The notes beneath the pieces were generated by a model that was not told the origin of the DNA, did no database searches, and worked only from the letters and a program-made list of their open reading frames with translations. The position numbers and the translations under genes were made by a program. From Actinobacteria bacterium UBA912 (GTDB lineage Bacteria; Actinomycetota; Coriobacteriia; Anaerosomatales; UBA912), in contig DBEG01000024.1 in the NCBI GenBank assembly GCA_002293965.1, positions 1 through 43,873 of the forward strand: a DNA stretch of 43,873 nucleotides, written 5' to 3'. Position 1 is the first letter of the stretch. Every line of letters starts with the position of its first letter. Of this stretch, positions 34,932 to 43,873 are shown piece by piece.

Positions 34932-37472
34932 TCACCTCTTTGAAAGAGTCTGTCGAACGTCGAGCTCGAGCGAGTAGCTGAAGGCCCCTGGTCCTCCGAA
35001 GAAACTGACATTCATCGGCGTGGGCGGCCTCCCCGTCAACCAGGCAGACAGGGGGACAGTGAGTCCGTCGGCTAAGAGTATCGGAGTGCGCCTTGCGCCC
35101 ATGAAAGGTCCAGCGGCTAGTGCGTCTGGAAATGCTCGACCGGTGCTAAAGCCTAAAGCGTCTTGCCGAAAGGCCGGCTGTGCGCCGGCAAGTCCATGCG
35201 CAGCGATTATGCGCGAGGTGTGGTATCTATCGGTCCCCGCAAGGCGGAAAGATCCGGTGAGTCGGAGTTCCACATCTCGGGAGATGGCTCCAGTGCCGCC
35301 CAGGACGAGGGTGCGCGTGGGGCTTAGGGTCGAAAGGATAGATGCCGTAGCAGCAGGCAGGCTCGCGCGTCGGGTCAAGAGTATAGGGGAGCGTGTGGCT
35401 GCCGCTAGGGCGGAGCCAGATAGTGCGTCTGGGTGGGTCTCTCCGGAGGCGAGGATGACCTGTAATTGTGGTTGACCTGAGTTATACGCAGCCACTCGCG
35501 CAGCCACCCGCGCGGCGGTTTCATAACGATCGACGCCGTGCAAACGGGTCACCGTTCTGGTTCCGGGTAGACTGCGCACCGCATCTGCGACGGCGGGGGA
35601 GACCGCTCCCGATCCCCCCAGGATATAGACAGCGGAGGGATTGAGGCGCAGGATCTCGTCTCTGACTTCGAGAGAAAGTCGGTTGGAACGAGTGAGCAGA
35701 AGCGGACCATCCGCTACTGCAGCGAGGACGCCTCCCGACAGCCCATCAGGCCAGTTCTCACCTGAAGCGATGACTATCGCCGAAGCGGTCGTCGGGTGAG
35801 ACGCACGGCTAATAGCGAGTGCAGTCCTGAACCGATCTCTGCCTTCATATCGCGCTGCGCTGACTGCGGGCGATCCTGAAGTCACTGTCACGGTCGCGGT
35901 GGTCGGAGCCGCCGCTCCCCAGCGGTCCGAAGCGTACGAGCGAACCCAGACAGTGTGGGTGCCGTCTGAGGGAAGGACGAGACGGCCCTCTCGGCTAGTG
36001 GTCTGGTAGGTCGAGCCACCCTCGTAGCCGAAGCGATAGAATACCCCGCGGCCTTCGGCGGCACTCCATGTGAGGCGGACCTGCCTACCAGAGACAGGGG
36101 CTACCGCCATCGTAACGGGGTCTTGGACGTCGATTGTCTCGCGCATCGCGGTGTATATCCGGTATGCATCGAATCTTCCATACCCTGTCTCTGGATCTTG
36201 GCCAGGGTTCGGCCCGTACGTTGCGACTGCGTTGGACGTGATCAGAGAGTACATCTGTGTTGCCGAGAGCCCCGGGACCAAAGACCATAAGTAGGCCACT
36301 GCTCCGGAAACCAGCGGAGTTGCAAATGAGGTTCCTAGTGCAGTCCGGTTCCCTCCGCTTGGCAGGCTCACCCAGACGGCTTCTCCCGGCGCCACGACGT
36401 CTACCTCTGGCCCAAAGCTGGAAAATCCGGAGCGAGTGCCGATCATCGGATTGATGGATCCAACTGCAAGGACCCCGTTGGCTGCGGCGGGATAAAAGAC
36501 GGCATGGCTGTCTGGAGCCGTGTAGTTGCCGCTAGCAGCGATTACCAGCGTTCCCCGGGCGGTACAGTAGTCGATAGCGTGCTGCCACATCTCTCGAATC
36601 TCAAGGTCCGGAGGTGCGGTCGCCATGCGACTATCCTGAATCGTGGCTGGGTGTCCGAAGGAGGCGTTGATGATTCGGGCACCCCGATCACTGGCTGCCA
36701 TCATCGCCGCCATCAGGTCGGATGCCTTGCCCTGGTCTTGTGCGTTGAGGGCTTTGTACACAAGGATCCTACTATCCAAGTCATGCAGGACTCCTGCAAC
36801 ATTGAATCCATTGTTCGTGTTTGCGGAGATCACGCTGGCCACAGCTGTGCCATGAGAGTTCCGTGAATCATCCGTCGTATCCGAGGTTCCGGTAATGTAG
36901 TTGTGTACGGCAACGTAGCGGCCAGCATCTTCGAGCAAGCAGGGTGAGACTCCGGTATCCACGACTGCCATGGTCGCTCCCTCGCGGAATCGGTTGAGGG
37001 AGAATGGTAGCTCCGGATTTCGCGTGGCGCTCCAGACTCGTTCCATTCCGATCGCGTGTTGGAAGAGATTCGTAGGACCGAGGTAGTGTCGTTGAGCGAG
37101 ATAGCGAGGGTCGTTCGGCATGGAGGATAGCGTCTGTACGTATCGGTCCCGTGCCACTTCGAGAACTGCTGGGTTGTCGCGAACGGCCTCCATTACCTCT
37201 TTGGGCCTGGCGTCAGGTGGTAGCTCGACAGTGGCCAGCCGGGTGTTGAGGACCTCAACTGATGCGGAGGGAATGCCGTCTTCGGCGAGTGCCTGGAAGT
37301 CCTGTAGGGACATGTGGTCATCGGCGTAGATTACGATGATGCCGGGTGGCTCCTGCACCGCAGAAGCGGACAGACCAATCGAGGGAGCAGCGTTGATCGC
37401 CCCGAAGCACAGCGCAAGGCATAGTCCCGCAGCGATTGTTCTGCGAAGGTAATGGGTGGATTGCACGGACAC
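34932..37472 (-). CDS. Secreted S8 subtilisin-family serine peptidase with Ig/FN3-like domain and three C-terminal CWB2 cell-wall-binding repeats
   Basis: Signal peptide and I9-like propeptide. Catalytic triad contexts are VVDTGV (Asp), HGTAVAS (His) and GTSFATP (Ser). Three repeats of the pattern G.DR(F/Y).T...I....(asgenwPDaLsgg.laa....P(I/L)LLT) are typical of cell wall binding repeat 2. The start is GTG 37472 or GTG 37466. Confidence 0.88.
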   Translation of the reverse strand: MSVQSTHYLRRTIAAGLCLALCFGAINAAPSIGLSASAVQEPPGIIVIYADDHMSLQDFQALAEDGIPSASVEVLNTRLATVELPPDARPKEVMEAVRDNPAVLEVARDRYVQTLSSMPNDPRYLAQRHYLGPTNLFQHAIGMERVWSATRNPELPFSLNRFREGATMAVVDTGVSPCLLEDAGRYVAVHNYITGTSDTTDDSRNSHGTAVASVISANTNNGFNVAGVLHDLDSRILVYKALNAQDQGKASDLMAAMMAASDRGARIINASFGHPATIQDSRMATAPPDLEIREMWQHAIDYCTARGTLVIAASGNYTAPDSHAVFYPAAANGVLAVGSINPMIGTRSGFSSFGPEVDVVAPGEAVWVSLPSGGNRTALGTSFATPLVSGAVAYLWSLVPGLSATQMYSLITSNAVATYGPNPGQDPETGYGRFDAYRIYTAMRETIDVQDPVTMAVAPVSGRQVRLTWSAAEGRGVFYRFGYEGGSTYQTTSREGRLVLPSDGTHTVWVRSYASDRWGAAAPTTATVTVTSGSPAVSAARYEGRDRFRTALAISRASHPTTASAIVIASGENWPDGLSGGVLAAVADGPLLLTRSNRLSLEVRDEILRLNPSAVYILGGSGAVSPAVADAVRSLPGTRTVTRLHGVDRYETAARVAARVAAYNSGQPQLQVILASGETHPDALSGSALAAATRSPILLTRRASLPAATASILSTLSPTRTLVLGGTGAISRDVELRLTGSFRLAGTDRYHTSRIIAAHGLAGAQPAFRQDALGFSTGRAFPDALAAGPFMGARRTPILLADGLTVPLSAWLTGRPPTPMNVSFFGGPGAFSYSLELDVRQTLSKR

Positions 37473-37538
37473 GGCCTTCCTGACGCAGATTCTTGGTGGT
37501 CGGCTTTAGATGATATCCCGCGGCGTCGCAAATGCCTA

Positions 37539-37567
37539 TTGGCAATCAAGTGCTTCGCTGTTATGGT
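37539..37567 (+). promoter_or_regulatory. Candidate pyr operon promoter
   Basis: TTGGCA (37539-37544), a 17-nt spacer, then TATGGT (37562-37567). This places a start site about 5-10 nt before the PyrR-binding loop. Confidence 0.45.
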
Positions 37568-37577
37568 TATCGAAAGA

Positions 37578-37610
37578 CCTTTAAGTTCGGTCCCGTGAGG
37601 CCGGCAAGGG
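37578..37610 (+). promoter_or_regulatory. PyrR-binding RNA loop (anti-antiterminator type) in the pyrR leader
   Basis: CCUUUAAGUUCGGUCCCGUGAGGCCGGCAAGGG. It has a lower stem CCUU/AAGG with a UAA bulge. The upper stem CGGUC/GGCCG closes the hexaloop CCGUGA. This is the same architecture as the B. subtilis consensus ARUCCAGAGAGGYU. Confidence 0.65.
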
Positions 37611-37655
37611 AAGAATAGCGGTGGATCGACCCGATGGGTTGACCTTGGACTATGA

Positions 37656-38243
<588 letters not shown>

Positions 38244-38244
38244 G

Positions 38245-39180
38245 TTGCTAAGCTGCAAGCACATCACGACGGTCCAGGATATGACTGCCGAGGATATCGC
38301 AAAGATCCTCGATACAGCCGAGTCATTCATCGAGGTGTCCGAGCGCACGATCAAGAAGTTACCTACGCTTCGGGGTCGCACGATTATCAATCTGTTCCTC
38401 GAGCCTTCTACTCGAACGCGAACCAGTTTCGAGATCGCAGCGAAACGCTTGAGCGCGGATGCGATCAACATGACAGGCTCTGCGAGTGCGACCGTCAAAG
38501 GTGAGTCGCTACGCGACACAGCCAAGACCCTCTCGGCGATGGCGTGTGACCTTGTGGTCGTGAGGCACGCGTACGCAGGGGCAGCCCAGATACTTGCGGA
38601 GTGCATGGATTCGCACGTGGTCAACGGCGGAGACGGCAAGCATCAGCATCCGACCCAGGCGCTGCTCGACCTGTTCACGATGCGCACCCATCTTGGGCGG
38701 CTTGCGGGGCTGAAGGTCGGAATCATCGGGGATATCGCACACTCGCGGGTCGCAGGCTCACTCATACCCGCGCTCAGGCTGATGGGAGCGTCAGTGGTGG
38801 TCGTTGCGCCGCCGACGCTGATGCCATCCCGCCCCGATGTGCTCGGCGCAGAGGTCTCGTACTCCCTGGATGAAGTCCTGCCCGACCTTGATGTGGCGTA
38901 CATGTTGCGAATCCAAAGCGAGCGCAGCGATCGGATGCCATTCCCGAGCTTGCGTGAGTACGCCAGATTCTACGGGCTGAACTCCGCACGGCTTGCGTCG
39001 ATGAAACCTGAGGCCATTGTGATGCATCCCGGGCCAATCAACCGAGGTGTCGAGATATCCTCGGCGGTGGCGGATTCACCGCGAGCTGTGATCCTCGATC
39101 AGGTCACTGCCGGTGTGGCGGTCCGAATGGCGGTCATGTATCTGCTGCTTGGAGGTGTAGATGTTGAATCTGCTTCTTAA
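38245..39180 (+). CDS. pyrB: Aspartate carbamoyltransferase catalytic subunit
   Basis: AGGAGGG lies 7 nt before TTG 38245. STRTR motif (EPSTRTRTSFE), HPTQALLD and HPGP motifs. Confidence 0.93.
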   Translation: MLSCKHITTVQDMTAEDIAKILDTAESFIEVSERTIKKLPTLRGRTIINLFLEPSTRTRTSFEIAAKRLSADAINMTGSASATVKGESLRDTAKTLSAMACDLVVVRHAYAGAAQILAECMDSHVVNGGDGKHQHPTQALLDLFTMRTHLGRLAGLKVGIIGDIAHSRVAGSLIPALRLMGASVVVVAPPTLMPSRPDVLGAEVSYSLDEVLPDLDVAYMLRIQSERSDRMPFPSLREYARFYGLNSARLASMKPEAIVMHPGPINRGVEISSAVADSPRAVILDQVTAGVAVRMAVMYLLLGGVDVESAS

Positions 39181-40459
39181 AGGTGGACGTGTGGTAGACC
39201 CTCAGGTCGAGCTCGATCAGGTCGCCGACGTGCTCATCAAGGATGGCCTCATCGCCGAAGTCGGCGTGGATCTCGACACCGCAGGGTGCGAGGTGCTCGA
39301 CTGCACGGGCCGCGTGGTGGTGCCCGGACTGGTTGACCTACACGTGCATCTGCGTGAGCCCGGCCGAGAAGACCTCGAGACGATCCGCACCGGTGCCCGC
39401 GCGGCCGCCCGCGGCGGGTTCTCGGCGGTCTGCGCGATGCCCAACACCGTCTCGCCGATCGATTCCGGGGCCAAGGTCCGCTTCATCGTGGAGCGCGCAG
39501 CCGCTGATGCGATCGTGCGGGTCCATCCGATCGGGGCGTGCACTACCGGCCAGAAGGGGGAGTCGCTCGCCGAGATCGGCGACATGCTTGCGGAAGGCGC
39601 TGTGGCTTTCAGCGATGACGGCCGAGGAGTGCAGAGCGCGGGGATGACTCGCCGGGTCATGGATTACGCGAAGGCTTTCGAGACGACTATCATCTCGCAC
39701 TGCGAAGACGAGTCCCTGGCTGCCTCCGGCGTCGTCAACGAGGGTGCGGTCTCCACCTCGATGGGACTCGCAGGTCAGCCCGCGATCGCCGAGGAGGTCA
39801 TCGTCGCTCGCGACATCATGCTCGCCGAGCTCACCGGCTGCCGGCTACATCTTGCGCATCTTTCCTCGGCAGGTAGCGCTGAGCTGGTCAGGCAGGCCAA
39901 GGCTCGCGGTATCCGTGTGAGCGCCGAGGTCACACCGCACCACCTGTTCCTCGACGAGAACGCATTTGCGGGTCGCTACGATACCTACCTGAAGATGAAT
40001 CCGCCGCTACGCACTGCCAACGACCGAGAAGCGCTGGTGGCCGCGTTGCTGGATGGGACGATCGATTGCGTGGCCACCGACCATGCGCCGCACGGCCTGC
40101 ACGAGAAGGAGCGCGAGTTTGAGCTCGCACCTTTCGGGATCACAGGTCTTGAGACCGCGGTGCCTCTTGTGGTGACCAACCTCGTGGCCACGGAGAAGAT
40201 GTCGTGGAGTCAGTTTGCACGCGCACTTGCCATCGCACCTCGGGCAGCGCTGGGCCTCGTGGAAGTCAAGATGGCCTCCGGCTCGGATGCGGACATCACC
40301 ATCATCGATCCTGAGGCTGAAGTCAAGGTCGAGGCTGATAGGTTCGAGAGCAAGTCAGTCAACTCACCGTTCGTCGGCCTGACCCTGAAGGGGCGGGCCA
40401 CCGAAGTCATCGTCGGCGGAAGATTCGCATTGCGGTCTGGAGAGGTGGTCAGCTTATGA
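39161..40459 (+). CDS. pyrC: Dihydroorotase
   Basis: DLHVHLREPG (HxH metal site), ...DCVATDHAPH. About 430 aa, the class I type found in pyr operons. It overlaps the pyrB end by 20 nt. Confidence 0.93.
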   Translation: MLNLLLKGGRVVDPQVELDQVADVLIKDGLIAEVGVDLDTAGCEVLDCTGRVVVPGLVDLHVHLREPGREDLETIRTGARAAARGGFSAVCAMPNTVSPIDSGAKVRFIVERAAADAIVRVHPIGACTTGQKGESLAEIGDMLAEGAVAFSDDGRGVQSAGMTRRVMDYAKAFETTIISHCEDESLAASGVVNEGAVSTSMGLAGQPAIAEEVIVARDIMLAELTGCRLHLAHLSSAGSAELVRQAKARGIRVSAEVTPHHLFLDENAFAGRYDTYLKMNPPLRTANDREALVAALLDGTIDCVATDHAPHGLHEKEREFELAPFGITGLETAVPLVVTNLVATEKMSWSQFARALAIAPRAALGLVEVKMASGSDADITIIDPEAEVKVEADRFESKSVNSPFVGLTLKGRATEVIVGGRFALRSGEVVSL

Positions 40460-41687
40460 GTCGAGAGCAAGCTGTTTTGGCGCTGGAGGATGGCACGGTC
40501 TTCCGCGGCATCTCGTGTGGTGCACCGGGCGAGGCTTTCGGCGAGCTTGTGTTCAACACCTCGCTCACTGGCTACCAGGAGGTTCTGACAGACCCCAGCT
40601 ACGCTGGTCAGATCGTCACGATGACCTCCCCGCATATAGGCAACTACGGGGTCAACGCGGAGGACATGGAGTCGCGCGGTGTCTTCGCGAGCGGCTTTGT
40701 GGTCCGCTCGATGTGCGACATCCCGAGCAACTGGCGCGCCCAGGAAAGCCTACCCGACTTCCTGATCCGTCATGGGGTCGTTGCCCTGGAGGGCATCGAC
40801 ACCCGCAGTCTCACCAAGCGGATCCGCGAGGCCGGAGCGATGCGCTCGGTGATTTCGACGCTGGATAGCGATCCGGCGTCTCTGGTGGCAAAGGCCCAAG
40901 GGTCGCCGGGGCTTGTCGGCAGGGATCTTGTCGCCGAGGTGACGGCAGGGAAGGCCTTTGCGTGGGAAACCCATCCGGATAACATCGACCGTGAGGTTCA
41001 GCTAGAGGGTTCGCCTGTCGGGCAAAGGCGGCGAGTCGTGGCCTTCGACTCGGGCATCAAATACAACATCCTGCGTAGGCTTGAGGCCGTGGGATGCGAG
41101 GTCACGGTTGTCCCACCGGACACGTCGGCTTCCGACGTGATGGCGCTGGGCCCCGAAGGCCTGTTCTTCGCCAATGGCCCCGGTGACCCGGCCGCGGTCG
41201 ACTATCTGTACTCAACATTGCGCGAGCTGCTCGGTGAGGTGCCGATCTTCGGGATCTGTCTCGGGCACCAGATGCTCTCGTTGGCGCTGGGAGCCAAGAC
41301 CTACAAGCTCAAGTACGGGCATCGAGGGGGGAATCAACCTGTCATGGAGCTTCTGACAGGCAAGGTTGAGATCACAAGCCAGAACCACGGCTTTTGCGTC
41401 GACTTTTCTTCGATCGGACCTCTGCTCGCCGAAGACAGCGGCTGTCTGGATCACGATCCCGGGGACCTCGGTGCCTGGGTGGCCTCCGGGGTGGCACCGG
41501 TCGTTGCGTCCAAAGAGTTCGGCCGCGTGCAACTTACCCACGTCAATCTCAACGACATGACTGTGGAGGGGATCCGTCTTCTGGACTACCCGGCGTTCTC
41601 GGTGCAATACCACCCCGAATCCGCGCCCGGTCCGCATGACTCCCGCTACCTGTTCGATTCGTTCATGCAGATGATGGAAGGAGCCTG

Positions 41688-41688
<1 letters not shown>
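40456..41688 (+). CDS. carA: Carbamoyl-phosphate synthase small (glutaminase) subunit
   Basis: ATGA overlap with pyr[18 protein letters not shown] and the triad context GICLGHQ...HPE. Confidence 0.95.

Positions 41689-43873
<2,185 letters not shown>

Overview
High-GC (about 60% in hand-counted samples) actinobacterial-type chromosome segment, almost entirely core housekeeping genes on the + strand. In order: a 5'-truncated DUF3866-like gene, ald and xerD. Next is a short minus-strand island holding an unlisted 48-aa membrane ORF, a DUF4349 lipoprotein and a small 2-TM ORF. A complete dcw cluster follows: mraZ-rsmH-ftsL-ftsI-murE-murF-mraY-murD-ftsW-murG-murC-murB-ftsQ-ftsZ, with no ftsA and no ddl. 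A minus-strand DUF4013 membrane protein with an (APP)9 tail sits after ftsZ. Then comes the division-accessory cluster pgeF, phoU-like, yggS, sepF, proC, yggT and divIVA. After that are ileS, a DksA/TraR zinc-finger gene, lspA and rluD. Next are a CheY-like receiver and a soluble REC-PAS-GAF-PAS hybrid histidine kinase, both visibly lower in GC. A minus-strand secreted S8 subtilase carries three CWB2 wall-binding repeats. The window ends with the pyrimidine operon pyrR-pyrB-pyrC-carA-carB. carB runs off the 3' end and is therefore missing from the ORF track. Non-coding signals I can support are a six-box MraZ operator array upstream of mraZ, a PyrR-binding loop with an SD-sequestering/terminator hairpin ahead of pyrR, a perfect 8-3-8 palindrome in the AT-rich ftsZ upstream region, a convergent terminator hairpin after ftsZ, and several extended -10 promoter candidates. 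I found no CRISPR array, transposase, prophage, tRNA/rRNA or recognisable defence genes. I do not see a compelling novel multi-gene system, and this looks like an ordinary core region. The most second-look-worthy items are the small-protein/DUF4349 minus-strand operon divergent from the dcw promoter, the receiver/hybrid-kinase pair next to the wall-anchored protease, the orphan PhoU and DUF4013 genes embedded in the division cluster, and the regulatory RNA/DNA elements. All family assignments come from motif recognition by eye, not database searches.
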